A stretch of DNA of 64,000 nt, taken from contig OZ024744.1 in the NCBI GenBank assembly GCA_964016885.1, forward strand, positions 65,286,001 to 65,350,000, in the 5' to 3' direction. The stretch comes from Eledone cirrhosa (Eukaryota). Shown one piece after another: positions 36,887-50,600 of the stretch. Under the pieces are notes generated by a model. The model had not been told where the DNA came from and made no database searches. It saw only the letters and a list, made by a program, of their open reading frames with translations. Every line of letters begins with the position of its first letter. Within the stretch, counting starts at the first letter, position 1. The position numbers were made by a program, and so were the translations under genes.

Positions 36887-39800
36887 CTACAGGCGCATGA
36901 CCAGAGTAGGCTCACTCACACAGGCCATTCTCGCCACATTCACCCACCTTTCAGCAAATGTACTGGGGGGCAGCACTTCTCTCTCCACCCTCAACTTCCT
37001 TTCCAAGTGAAACTTGAAGAAGTTGATGAGGGATTGGCCGAAGAGAAAAGTGTCTGTCTTCAGTCCTTTCAACCTCGTCCACCATATAACCTCTTTTGCT
37101 ACTGCCACCAGACAGAGGAACATTGCCTGCCCTTCCTGGCCAAAGAAGGCGGCGGGCCGGTCTTCACTATGGACTCGCCGATAGCCGGATCCGTTCTACA
37201 CGTGACAACAGCTGTTCGACATAACTCCACAAGTCAGTAATGCACGGACACTGGACGAGTGTGTGCAGAACGGTTTCGTTGCTCTACACGCATCTCGGGC
37301 AGGTCCATCTGACAGCACTTCCGAGCCTGTAGAATTTATCTCGAACCGGCAGTGCCCCCCGGTAGCACTGCCAAGCGAGGGATTTTTGGAAATTATCCAT
37401 CGTCCCTGGCTCGAAAGTCCTCCAGTACAGACTGGTTAGTTCGACTTCGTTGACTCCCAGAGCCTGTCCGAGTGCAGCGTCGCACTTGCCCACCACTAAT
37501 CCTCTATAGAACTCGAGAGTGGAAGTTCCACAGACCACATTGCCTGCCTGGTAGAGGTCAGTGAGTGCCTGGCAACATTCCAGATGCCAGTCACCCAGTC
37601 TCGGTCTCTTCTTGACCCAGGACTGCAGCTCAGTCAAAGAAATGTGCTGCAGAAAGGCCCGTCTGACAAACGCCGACCACACCTGTTCACCGTTTAGGCA
37701 AAATATCTGAAGATGCCGCAGCCTCAGCGCATGTCTGTGCATCATTAGCCACAGCATGCCCAGCCCTCCACGTAGAGGGTGCTGGCAGCAGATGGACCGC
37801 CTCACCAGCAGAACCTGACTCCTCCACAAGAATTTGAAGAGGAGCCGCTTAAGGTGGTGAGGCGCGAACGGGGGCAAGGGACGACAGTCAGACAGTAGTA
37901 GATGACGGACGCGATGTACGCATTCGCCACCTCCACCCGATCTTTCAGTGATAGCTTCCTCCCAGCCCATTTCTGGGTGAGACTGGTTACCCTGCCCGTC
38001 ACCTCGTCCCAATTCTTATCCACCTGAAGGTCTGGCCCAAACCATACCCCGAGTAACTTTACCGGTTCGTCCGTCCAGCGCCTAACGACGCTGTTGGATG
38101 GCATGAACTTGCCTCTCCAGGTGCCGAGTTGCAAGCCCACCGACATTTCTGGGTTAAGTTTTGCTCCCGTCAACCTTTCATATTCCTCCAATAAGTTGCC
38201 GACCATCTCGATTTCTGAAGAGTCTGACACCATCACGGTGATGTTGTCCGCAAAAGCAGACACAGCCTTTCCATGTCCCGGTTCAAGCGGTATACCCTGC
38301 AACAGCTCCAGCTACCGCAGTAAAGGCTCGAGAGTCAATACATACAGAAGGGAGGAAAGAGGGCACCCTTGACGGACCGATCGGGCGACCTGAAACGGTT
38401 CCGAGAGGTAGCCATTAATTTTGACCACCGAGCAGGTGCTGCTGTGCATTGCAGTGATCCAGCTTCTGAAGATGGGGCCGAAGCCAGCCGCCTTGAGGAC
38501 AGACTCCAGGTACCGATGGTCAACCCTATCGAATGCTTTCGATTGATCTAAATTGATCAGTGCCCCACCGAAGCCAGGTTTACACTCTACCCTCTCTATG
38601 ATGCATCGCATTAGGTGGAGATTGTCGTGTATGGACCTGGTTGGGATTGCGCCAGTTTGCTCCTCCCCAACCAAATCCCCGACGACAAGCGCCAACCTCT
38701 TCGCTAATACCTTGGCCAAAATCTTAAACTCTGTGTTGAGCAGAGTTATCAGTCTGAAATTGTCTAATGTGTCCCTCTTGTTCCCGTCTTTCCTTATCAG
38801 CGTCACTACGCCCCGGCTCACAGAACTGGGAATACTCCCGTTCTGCTGCCAGTTGCAGTAAAGCGCTTCGAGGAGATTGGAGAACAAGTCTGGCATATTT
38901 ACGTAAAGCTCGTAGGGCAGACCATCCAAACCGGGTGACTTGTGCCTCATGCAGCCGACAAGGGCATCCTGAATCTCGGCTGAAGTAATCGGCCTTTCGC
39001 AGCGCCCAGCGTCGGCTGTCAAGAGTTGTGGCAAGCCATCGAGGTAGGGACTGCAGTCCGCCACCATCTTTGACCCGCCACTTCCCCCGAACAACCGAGC
39101 AAAATGTTGGTGAAAGACCTCACACATCCGCTTGGAATCACTCAGCTCGTGTCCGTCAGAGACCAAATCATGGTTTTAATACCATGCTGCGACTCTGCCA
39201 CGCGGGCCCATCGAGCAGTTTTGGTTCCCTCGTTTTTCAGAGCACACGCCTTAGCTCTGACAATGCAACCTTCATGTTTCGCATTGAAGAAATGGTCTAA
39301 TGCCATTCTCGCCGCTAGCACGTTAGTTGCAATGCCACTACTAATAGCCTCGTCTAACTTATCTACCAACTCCCCCTCCTTTCTATTTTTCTCTAACGCT
39401 ACTTCTTTGCTAAACTCTATCGACATTACTCTATCTCTCTTTTGAGAGCCCCCCACCATCTATTGTTGATGACTCCCCCTGTCAACTTTTGCTTAACTAA
39501 ATGGTTGACCTGGTGCCTGTAAGCCTTACGTGCCGGAAATGACATGTTTAGCTTCCAGTAACCAGGTCCTAACCTATGCATCTTATCTAGGTCAACCATA
39601 CAGATCACAAACTTGTGATCTGAATAGGCGACCGTTTTAAAACGTGGACGGCCCACACTATTTCTATCTATTTTCCTAATGAATATCCTGTCTATATACA
39701 ATCTAGATGACCCTATGCGGTTAGTTCAGGTCCACACTGGAACTGGCTGATCAGGTTCTTGAGGCTTTTGCACCCCCTGCCCCTATCGGATACTCCCACA

Positions 39801-40247
39801 CAGTCTCAGCGTGCGTCTAAGATGCCGTTCCAGTCCCCCGCTAACAGTCAAGGGCGAGACGTACCCAGAAAGGCTTCCAGGCGTCAAAAGAAGTCCGGCC
39901 GTCCTGCCCCAGTAGACGGCCACCAGTCTAAAGGCACCACCTTCGTTATTGTTCACGTCCAGGACCACCAACTTCCCGTCTAGGTCCCGGAAGATCGACC
40001 TTACCTCGAGATCCAGGCCTTTCCTAAACAACACTGCCACCCCATCTCCCATTCCCGGCCGACTAACAGATGCAAAGATCTGATAGTCGTCGAAAATGGG
40101 GGCTAGTGCGTGCGTGTCGGAAATCCTGGTCTCTCTGACGGCAATTACATCCATTTCTAGAGACCTGAGGTCGTTGAGCAGGTGACCCTGCTTCCAGGAC
40201 GATCCCAGGCCTCGAACATTTAAACTTCCTACTCTTAATACGGTCAT
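36887..40247 (-). pseudogene. Tx1-like ORF2 (APE-RT-ZnF), disrupted
   Basis: Chain of ORFs 39783-40247, 39426-39701, 39142-39459, 38312-39166, 37802-38302, 37284-38012, 36887-37123. Confidence 0.9.
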
Positions 40248-40278
40248 GTTAGCAGGTTAAACAGAGAGAGAGGAAGGT

Positions 40279-42005
40279 TTACTTACCTTCCGGGCTCTTG
40301 TGAAGGTTGGGTGGTTCGACCTCCATAGTTGGTGGGGTTTCTTTTGGGAACCCCTTTAAAAGTCTTGAAGTAGGTTTTACGTTTGGGGTTTCCATGTCCC
40401 GAGGAAAGCTGTCTCGTATCTCTTTGTATAAATCAAGCGACATTTGCACCAGAAACAAATCTTCTGGCACGCGAAATGCGCTCGATTTAAAAATTTCCCC
40501 CTCTTTTTGTGTATATTTTCACTTCGTGCTACGAGGGCCATCAGTTCCTTGTTGGCCCTCCTGACGAGCATAAAGTTTTGTATGTTTTGTTGGTGTGATT
40601 TTATTTGTTTGCGTGGCTGTGGTGGTGATGGTTTTGGTGGTGTTGTTTTGGTTGTGTCTGTGTTTGTTGTGAGTGTGGTGTCTATGGTTTCAGATGTTTG
40701 TGTGTGTATTTGTTCTTGCGTCTGTTTAGGTTGTTTGCGTTTGGGGGATTCTGGTGATGGTGATGGTGGTGTTGATGTTGGTGTTATTGGAGAGATGTTT
40801 GCGTGGGTGGTGTCTGCATTCTTTATTGTGGGTGTTTTTGTGCTTTGTTGAGTTTTTTTTTCCTTTTTGTGTTTCTTTTTTTGTATTTTGGGGGATTTGG
40901 GATTTCCCTCATCTTCACTACTGATAGATGAGGAGTCTGTGTCTGTAAGTGTGTCTGTGTATGTGCTTATGTTTTTTATTGATGTGTGTATTTTATGGGG
41001 GGAGGGGGAATTTGACAACTTTCCTCGGTTCCCCCCTGGGTGGTCAGTGTTTGTGGTCGTCTTTCTATTGGTGTTGTTGTTGGTGGTTTTGCCGGGGCTG
41101 GTGTTGGTTGTGGTCCTCACCCCGGCGTCGGCAGCAGTGGAGCCCTTTGACTTCTTGCATTTTTCAGCAGTTGAGGGCAGAAGGCTCGCAAATGGGTTTT
41201 TTCCCCCACAAACAAAACAATGCAGCTTTTTGCCCTCAGTCATAATATGAATGACCATTCCATTCTGAAGACGGATGTTGTCCGGGATTGTCTTCACATT
41301 CTCCGGCCTGATCTGGAGAAGTATCTCCAGGTCAACCCCGGACCAGTCCTCTCTGGCCATTCTTGTCACTTAAATCGGGACGGTATCCGTCCCCTCCACA
41401 ATCACACATCCCAGAAGCCACCACATGTCAAGTTCTGGTTGGATTCTGGGAATGCGGAGACGGGCCGTTCTTTTTCCCATGTGGGAGGGGTACATTATGA
41501 CCTTGCTGGTTTTGCAAGGAATCATAGCGTGTTTCATAGCGAGGGCTTCTGACTTGAACAGCACTGAAATGGTGCCGTACTGTCTGCCCCTCTCTATGTA
41601 TTCGGTGTCATCTCTGATGCACCTCAGCGTGACTTCAACATCTGCTTGTGGATTTAAAGCTCCCCTTTTGGTTTCTGCTGAGATGTATCTGCAATGCACC
41701 ATTCTGCGCTCCACTGCCTCAATAGCTTCTACCGGGACAGTTAAGTTGGCCCTGGTTTGCTCTTGTTTGATGAGCTTCCATGCCTGAGCCAACTTTTCAT
41801 CTTTGTTTGAGAGGTCCATGTTGAAGCATGGCCTCTTCTTTGCTGCTGCCGCAGCGAAAGTGTTCTTCTTGTTGTCGTTGTTCTTCTTGTTCTTGTTGGT
41901 GTTGTTGTTATCACTGACGCTGTTATCATTGTTGTCTTTGGTGCCACCGTTGTTCTCGGTGCAGTTGGTATTGTTGCTGTTGGTGTTGTCGCTATTTGTT
42001 TTCAT
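40279..42005 (-). pseudogene. Tx1-like ORF1 (gag-like), frameshifted
   Basis: ORFs 41370-42005, 40377-41369 and 40279-40470; homologous to ORF1 pieces of copies C and D. Confidence 0.75.
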
Positions 42006-42234
42006 GTTAGTGCTGTTGATATTGTTGTTGCATTTGTCATTTTTTCTGTTATCTGATTTTCGTTGTCACTGTTATTGTCATTCTTTTCAAAATTAGAGTT
42101 CTGTGTTGTTATCATTGCTGTCTTTGTTCACATTGTTTGTGGTGGTGTTTGTTGTATCAATATCTGTTAATTTCGTCATAGCGCTCCTCTCAACTTCTAC
42201 GTCATTGTCGCACGACAGCAGACATATCGTTGCT

Positions 42235-42275
<41 letters not shown>

Positions 42276-42569
42276 CAGTCATGTTTTTTTTTGTTTTTTT
42301 TTTTTGTTTTTTTCGATAATGTTTTTTTAAATGTAAGAGAGTTCAAATATTTGGGCCAAAAGGCCCAAATATTATTCTTTCCCCTTCACAGGGCAAAGTC
42401 CAAGGGCTTTTATACCTTACACAACAACAAAAAATTCAATAAATAAGTTTTGACAGGTAAATAAATAAACTTACAAAAAAGATGTCCGTTCAGACTCAAT
42501 AATAATAATAATAATAATAATAATTGTTTCTACTTTTGGCACAAAATAATAATAATAATAAAATATATA

Positions 42570-43368
42570 AGGCAGGTTGTACGATGCCTGCATACGAACA
42601 GCAATGTTGCATGGTAGTGAGACCTGGGCATTGTGTGCAGAGGATATACGCAGACTAGAGAGGAACGAAGCTTGCATGCTCCGCTGGATGTGTAACAGTA
42701 ATATACGTGAACGGCAAAGCATAAACGAACTAAGGAAAAAATTAGAGATAAGAGGGATCAGATGTTGTTTACTCGAGAGAAGGCTGCGTTGGTATGGACA
42801 CGTGATGCGCATGAAAGTCGATAGCTGTATTACAAAGTGCAGGGCAATGAAGATAGACGGTAGCCACGGAATAGGCAGACCTAGAAAAACATGGGATGAG
42901 CTGATAAACTCCGACCTCACACACTTACACCTCTCCAAGACAATGTCACTGGACCGTGACCTTTGGCGGTACTCAGTAACAGAGAAGACCCGCCTTGCCA
43001 GTAGGCATCTCTAACAAAATACACCCCGTCCCGCCACCACCCCCACCCCATCCACACCACCCCGTTCTATGTAAAGTTATGTTGGTGCCGCACCATCCAG
43101 GCCGAAACAAATGAGATCGTGTAGGTGTCACGACAAAAAACACACAGTCCACGCTGTAATGTGGCCGTGTAGGCAACACGGTAAAAACCTCCCAGACCCA
43201 CACTGTAAATGTGGTTGGTGTTAGGAAGGGCATCCAACTGTAGAAAACCTGCCAGACAGTCCTATGCGAGCAAGACAATCACTCTTGCCTCAAGTGGGAC
43301 TACCCCCGTCCAAACCCATGCAAGCGTGGAACACGGACGTTAAACGTTGATGATGATGATGATGATGA
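42570..43368 (+). mobile_element. RTE 3' fragment (ORF C-terminus plus 3' UTR with 48-bp-type units, (GAT)n tail)
   Basis: ORF 42577-43014: AMLHGSETW...RLRWYGHVMRM...GRPRKTW. Confidence 0.88.
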
Positions 43369-44382
43369 CACCATATTATGTCCCAAATGCAAACTATGGG
43401 TACATAAAAGATGTAGTGGGATCACAGGTAAGCTAACTAAGAATATAGACTTTATATGTGGCCGATGCTCAGGTGCAATAAGTAGCAAGTGCCCACACAA
43501 TACTAGCTCCTTCCATTGCCCAGATGGTTCTATAGAAATAGTGGACACCTTCCACAACCTGGGTGACAAAATCAGCAGTGGTGGAGGGTGCTCTGAAAGT
43601 ACAGTAGCCAGAGTCAGAACGGGATGGAAAAAGTTCAGAGAGCTTATACCACTGTTGGCCACTAAAGGTTTCTCTCTAAAAATGAAAGGCAGAGTATATG
43701 ATGCCTGCATATGAACAGCAATGCTACATGGCAGTGAGACATGGGCTTTGTGTGCAGAGGACCTGTGCAAACTGGAAAGGAACGAAGCATGCATGCTCCG
43801 TTGAATAGGGCGATCAAAATTGATGGAAGTTACGGAGTAGGTAGACCCAGAAAAACCTGGGACGATTTGATAAATTCCGACCTTACACACTTACACCTCT
43901 CTAAGACAATGTCAGTGGACCGAGATCTTTGGCAGTACTCAGTAATACAGAAGACCCGCCTTGCCTATGTACAAAGCGAAACCTACAGTTAGTAGGCACC
44001 TCTTAACCAAATATACACCCCCATTTCACTACCCCTACTTCCCCACTCCCACTCCCACTAACACCACCCTTTCTCCATAAAGTTATGTTGGTACCGCAAC
44101 ATCCAGTTCAAAATAAATGAGGTCATGTAGGTGTCACGACAAAAAAAAACCACACAGTCCACACTGTAATGTGGCCATGTAGGTAACACGGTAAAAACCT
44201 CCCAGTCCACACTGTAAGCGTGGTTGGTGTTAGGAAGGGCATCCAGCTGTAGAAAACCTGCCAGACAGTCCTATACGAGCGTAACATGGTCACCCGACCA
44301 ATCTTGCCTCAAGTGGGACAACTCCCGTCTAAACCCATGCTAGCGTGGAAGATAGATGTTAAACGATGATGATGATGGTGAT
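43369..44382 (+). mobile_element. Second RTE 3' fragment in tandem, internally deleted
   Basis: ILCPKCKLWVHKRCSG...FICGRC, GWKKFREL, AMLHGSETW; same 3' UTR and tail as the preceding copy. Confidence 0.85.
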
Positions 44383-44404
44383 CACACACACACACACACA
44401 CACA

Positions 44405-47400
44405 CGATAACAATTAACAGTGCTACGATCGAATGTGGCTTTTTAGCCCAGCCAATGATCTAAAATGTCTTGCACAGAGTTGGCAACCAAAACATTCACT
44501 GGGAATAGCCGGTTGTGGTTGGAGTTCATGTACTTTTGCATATCGTTTGAGCCCTCCTGCTGATTTATACTCTCTATCACATACTTGGCAGGCATGATGA
44601 GTAGCATCTCCAACAGCAGCCTGGTAGTCAACCATTGGTCTCACTTTATGACTGCGAATATGACTTTCAAGTCCAGCTTTGCTGATGCCTCAAAGGCAAC
44701 TTTCCCCTCATATACAGTCTTTCTCCATTTATTACAATCAGCAGCTACATTTTCCCATGTATCAGCAGAGATGTTAGCGTCTTTCAAAGAGGCTTTCAAC
44801 GAATCCTTATACCTCTTTTTTGGTTTATGTGGAGGTCGTTTTCCTTTAACTAACTCTCCATAAAAGAGTTGTTTTGGTATTCTAGAATCCTTCATCCTGG
44901 CAAGGTGACCACTCTAACAGAGTCTTTGCTTAAGCACAAGAGCTTCTATATTGTCACACAGAGAGCTTTCCAAAATCTTGACATCACTGATGTGATCCCT
45001 CCAGTGAACGCCATGGATCCGTCTGAGACACATCTGATGGGAACGCTCCAAATATTTAAGGCGGTGTCGATATGTGACCCAGGTCTCGCAGGCATTAAGA
45101 AGAGAAGAGAGCACACGTGCCTTGTACACTTTTACCTTTGTCTCCTTGCATGTCTCGCCAACCCCAGGGACGCCTTCCTAGCTTTCCGAAAGCATCACTT
45201 GCTTTCCCAATCCCGAATGGAATTTCATTATCAAGGTTGTTGTATCGATTGACAGTGCTTCCCAGGTAGACAAACTGATCAACCACTCCAAGTCATTTAC
45301 TATACACATAGATATTTGGCTCACTGTACTGCTTGCCAGGGGCAGGTTGGTACATGATGACAGTTTTCTTGAGACTGACAGTCAATCCTAGGGCAGTGCA
45401 AGCATCAGAAAATGCATTCAAAATGTGCTGCATATCACTTTCTGTATGCGCTACACGATCGCAATTCCTGAATGCAATATAGAAAACCATTGCAAAGTAT
45501 ATGGCAAACAGGGTCTGTGCTGGAATATCCCCCTGTTTCACTCCATTTTTTACTGAGATAGGCTCCGACATGTTACCTCTGACATTAACCCAAGCCTTCA
45601 TGTCATCATGGAAAGACCTAACCAAAGCAAGGAACTTTTCAGGGCAACCAAGTTTCTGGAGAACCTTCCACAATGCATTTCTGTTAACAGTATTGAAAGC
45701 TTTTGTCAGATCGACAAAAACCTGATACAGATTCAAATCTTGTTCCATGCACTTCTCCTGGAGCTGTCTAGCTGAGAAGATTATATCAGTAGTGCCGCGT
45801 CCAGCCCGAAAACCAGATTGACTTTCAGGAAGAACACAATCTGTGTGTCACAATCTGTGTGTCACAATCTGTGTGTCAGCAGACAGTCCAGAAGCACGCT
45901 ACATAAAATTTTTCCTACAACAGAAAGCAATGATATACCTCCGTAGTTTCCACAATCATTCTTGTTACCCTTTCCCTTGTACAAGACCATCATTACTGCA
46001 TCTCTCCAGTCCTCGAGTACAGATTCACTAGCCCATATCCTGCCAAACAAAGAGTGAAGATGTTGCAGAAGTTTCTCACCACCATATTGCCATCCATATC
46101 TGGAGACATACTCTGCATGTATGCCATCCATACCTGGAGACCTTCCACTGTTTATCTTCGAGATTGCTACTGCAACCTCCACAAGCATTGATGGTTCTGC
46201 GATAGCTACTATCACAGGTTTTTCAGGAATGAGATTGAGGAAATCTTCATTGACAACAGACGGCTGATTCAAAAGTTCATCAAAGTTCTCTCGCCACCTT
46301 CACAGAATTCCTTGTGAGTCACGAAGTTCCTTGCCCTCCTTGCTGCAAAGCGGTGATGCCAGAAAAGAAGATGGTCCATAAACTTCATGCAAGAGACTGT
46401 ACAACAGCTTTGTGTTATTGGAATCTGATGCAGCTTGTATCATATCAGCCTTTTCACTCCACCACTTATCCTTCATCTGAGAAAGACTCCACCTCACACG
46501 TGATTTCACATCCTTGAGTTCCTTATGCAACATATTCTTCTCCTGTGGTTTTGCTGCCAAGTAGCGTGACAGAACACGCCTCTTGTCAGCCAACAAGTCA
46601 TCTATATGTACATCATTCTCATTAAACCAGTCTTGATGTTTTCTCTGCATCAATCCTAGAACACGCCTGCCTACATCATAAACTGACTTTTTAAGGGTTG
46701 CCCAATCCTCTGTCCAGCACTCAGCCCCACGAAGAGCACGAACACACTGCTCATCCTGTCTGTCACACATCCTGACAAGAGCATAGTCCAAAAGATGCCA
46801 TTCCCTAGATGCAGGATGCATCCATGTGGTCTTAAATGTGTTCTTTTGCTGAAACATGGTGTTGTAACACATAGGTCCAGCTCCTCACACATCTGCAACA
46901 GGAGCATACCATTGTTGTTACACTTTCCCACCCCATGCCTTCCGATTACATTCCATGTGTTAAAATCCCTACCCACTCTAGCATTAAAGTCACCAAGCAC
47001 GATGACTTTGTCTGCTTGAGGGATATTTCTTAAAACACCTTTCAAGGCATGGCAGAAAGACACTTTTTCTTCATCGACAGAATTCATAGTTGGAGCATAC
47101 ACACTCACCAGGGTCGCATATCTTCCTTTGTCAAGTGGAACTCTCATGGACATAAGATGCTCACTAATCCTCACTGAGAATTCTTCTAATTTATCCACAA
47201 GAGCAGTCTTAACAGCAAATGCTACCCCAGCCTCTCTTCTGGTTCCTTCATCTCTTCCTTTCCAGAAGAATGTATATTCTCCACAAAATTCTGTAAGATG
47301 ACCATCTCCAGCTAACCTCGTCTCAGATAAAGCTACGATGTCAAGATCGTAACATCGAAACTCCTTTGCAACAAGAGCGGTCCTTCGTTCAGGACGCTCC

Positions 47401-47520
47401 AAGGAATCCCTGTCAAGCAGCGTCCGTACGTTCCAGCAGCCAATATTAAATGCCTTGTTTGGCTCTATTACAGTGGCACGATGACGAGCTGGCCCAGGCT
47501 GTGATACCCTGGGGCCTCTG
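44405..47520 (-). mobile_element. RTE (BovB-like) LINE, near full-length ORF, decayed
   Basis: APE NIGCWNVRTLLD, LSETRL, SVYAPT, LGDFNARVG; RT FVDLTKAF, GVKQG; C-terminal CQVC..H and CQLC..LAGLKSH. Confidence 0.9.
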
Positions 47521-47643
47521 CCATTATTGCCAATTATCTCTTTTGTTCCAGAACCCTTGTTGCCAATTATCTCTTTTATATTGTTTTGGAACATCATTGA
47601 ATTGGGGGGGGGGGGGTAGTTATAATAATAATAATAATAATAA

Positions 47644-50600
47644 TGATTTCTTTATTGGCCACAAGGGCTGAGATCAAGAAAAACATTACAGACGGCACAG
47701 GACGGTATGATGTGGGTTTTGTGCGTGTAAAGATTTTTATTATTTATATAAGAAAAGAAAAAGAAAAAAGATATAGAAGCATATAGTATTAAGGATACTA
47801 TTTATGGTTATGTATATACTAAAACCTTTTATAGTTATATTATACCCTAAATAGTGAAAGACAGTAATTTATTACTATCTTATTACCAGTAAGATAAATA
47901 GCTCAATGTAACAACATCAGTTGTTTTACAGAGCAGTTATATAGAGATTACATGAAACAAAGTTCTGTTTAAATCATTTATCTGCTTACAATTGTTTCTT
48001 CCAAACCGAGGTTTGGAGTCTTCGGAGCAATTATTCAGTGATTTTTAACATACTTGACCTCCTTTTCAACACAAGCATATATATATATATATAAACAATA
48101 AAAATGAAAATTCAAACAATGAAAAAATTCCCCAATAGGGGGAAACCTCCGAGGGTTACTCGTGGCGAAAACCACACAAAAAACCATGGCCACCCTGACC
48201 ACTAGGGAAAGCGCCCTCTCTCAATTTTTTCCCATTCCTCAAACTACAAGCGTATATTCAGATCGGTCCCGTTTACTCGGTCCATTCTCGCCACATTCAC
48301 CCACCTTTCAACAAACTTGCTAGATGACAGCATTTGTCTCTCCACCCTGATTTTCCTCTTCAAGTGAAACTTGAAAAAGTTAATCAGGGATTCGCCGAAG
48401 AGGAAAGTGTCTGTCTTTAACCCTTTCAACCTTGTCCACCACACAATCTCTTTCGCCATGGCCACCAGGCAGATGAAAACTGCCTGCCCTTCCTCCTCGA
48501 AGGAAGACGGCGAGACCATCTGCACAATGGACTTAGTCAATAACCGGATCGGTCCTACACGCGACAGCAACTGTTTGACATAACTCCACAAGTCAGCAAT
48601 GCTCAGGCACTGAACGAGTGCATGCACGACGGTTTTGTCACTCTGCGCGCATCTCGGACAGGCTCGGCTGACGGCACTTCCGTGCCTGTAGAGCTTATCT
48701 TGAACCGGCAGCGCTCCCCGGTAGCACTGCCAGGCCAGGGATTTCTGGAAGTTATCCATAAGCCCTGGGCTGAAAGTTCTCCGGAAGAGAGCAAACAGCT
48801 GATCTTCTTTGATGCCAAGGATCTTTCTGAGAACGTTGTCGCTCTTCCCCTCTACTAGTCCTCTATAGAATGCCGAGGTGGATGTTCCACCGATACTGGT
48901 GCCCAGCTGACAGAGGGCAGTGAGTGCCTGGAGACATTCCAGTTTTCAAGCGCTATCCATCGGTCTTTTCCTGACCCAGGACTCAACCGTCAAGGAAGCA
49001 CCAGAGATGTCGCAGCCTCAGTGCATGTTTGTGCATCATCAGCCATGGCATGCCCAGTCCTCCACACAACGAGTTTTGATAGCAGATGGATCGTCTGACC
49101 ATGGGAGCACGTCCCTTCCACAAAAAACGGAGGAGGAGGCGCTCCATTTTGGTGAGAGTTGGGCTGGAGCAAGGGTCGACGGTGAGGCGGTAGCAGATGA
49201 GGGATGCGATGTACGCATTCGCCACCTCCGCCCGGCCTTTCAGGGACAGCTTCCTCTCGGCCCATTTCTGGGTGAGGGAGGCCACCCTGCTCGTCACCTC
49301 GTTCCAGTTTTTCTCCATCTGGAGGTCCGGTCCAAACCAGACCCCGAACAATTTAACCGGTCCGTCCGTCCAACGCCCCACGACGCTGTCGGACAGCATG
49401 GACTTGCCTCTCCAGGTGCCGAGCTGCAAGCCCACCAACTTTTCCTGGTTTATCTTTGATCCTGTCACCACTTCGTATTCCTTGAGAGCAGTGCCGAGCA
49501 TCTGGACGTGCCTGGTGCTTGACACCACTATGGTGACGTTGTCAGCGTAAGCCGACTCGGATTTCCTGCATCCTAGTTCGCGTGGGACGCCCCTCATTGC
49601 CGCCAGTTTGTGCAGTAACGGCTCGAGAGCCAATACATACAAGAGGGATGAGAGGGGACAACCCTGGCGGACCGAGTGCATGATGCTGAATGGCTGCGAC
49701 AGGTGACCATTCACCCTCACAACTGAGCAGATGTCGCTGTACATCACAGCAATCCAACCCCTGAAAACGGGCCCGAAACCGGCTGCCTCAAGGACCGCCA
49801 CCAGGTACCGAATGCTTTGGATTGATCCAAGTTGATCAGAGCCCCACCAGTGCCAGGTTCCTTAACCACCCTCTCTACGATGTATCGCATGAGGTGAAGG
49901 TTGTTGTGTATGGATCTGTCCGGAATGGCGCATGTCTGCGCCTCTCCCACCAGACCCTTGATGACAAGCGCCAACCTCGTTGCTAACACCTTGGCCAAAA
50001 TCTTGAACTCTGCATTATGGGCCTGAAATTATCGATAACATCCCCCTTGTTCGGGTCTTTTCTCAGCAACACCACCGCTCCCCGGCTCACAAAACTGGGA
50101 ATGCTCCCGTTCTGCTGTCAGTTGCAGTAGACGTCTGCCAAGAGGTCACCGAACAAGTCTGGCATAAATGCATAAAGCTCGTGGTGCAGACCATCCAAAC
50201 CTGGCGATTTACCCCTCGTGCAGTTAGCCATCGCTTCCCGTATTTCACCGGCTGTTATTGGCTTTTCACAACACTGTGCTGCGGTCGTTGAGAGCCGAGG
50301 CAGTCCGTCGAGGTATGCACTGAAGTCCATGCCTCGATCCGGGCCGCCGCTGCTCCCGAACAGTTCAGCAAAGTGCTGCTGAAAAGCCTCACACATCTGC
50401 TCGGGTTCGAGCAACACGCGCCCATTTTGGTCAGACAAAGACCGAATTGTAGCTTTGTTGCCACGTCACGCCTCTGCCACCCGGGCCCATTGGACGGCTT
50501 TTGTCCGCTCGTGTTTCAGAGCACGGGCTCTAGCTCTGACAACGCAGCCTTCGTATTTTGCGTTGAAGAATTGGTCGAGTGCCAATCTCGCCGCAAGCAC

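Larger units (their letters stand above)
36635..42497 (-). mobile_element. Tx1-like LINE copy B, apparently full length, decayed; (AAT)n at both ends
   Basis: 5' UTR, ORF1 (about 42178-40279, zinc-knuckle-like CFVC..H..C), ORF2 40247-36887 with APE (SLNVRGL), RT and C-terminal CPRC; several frameshifts. Confidence 0.92.
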
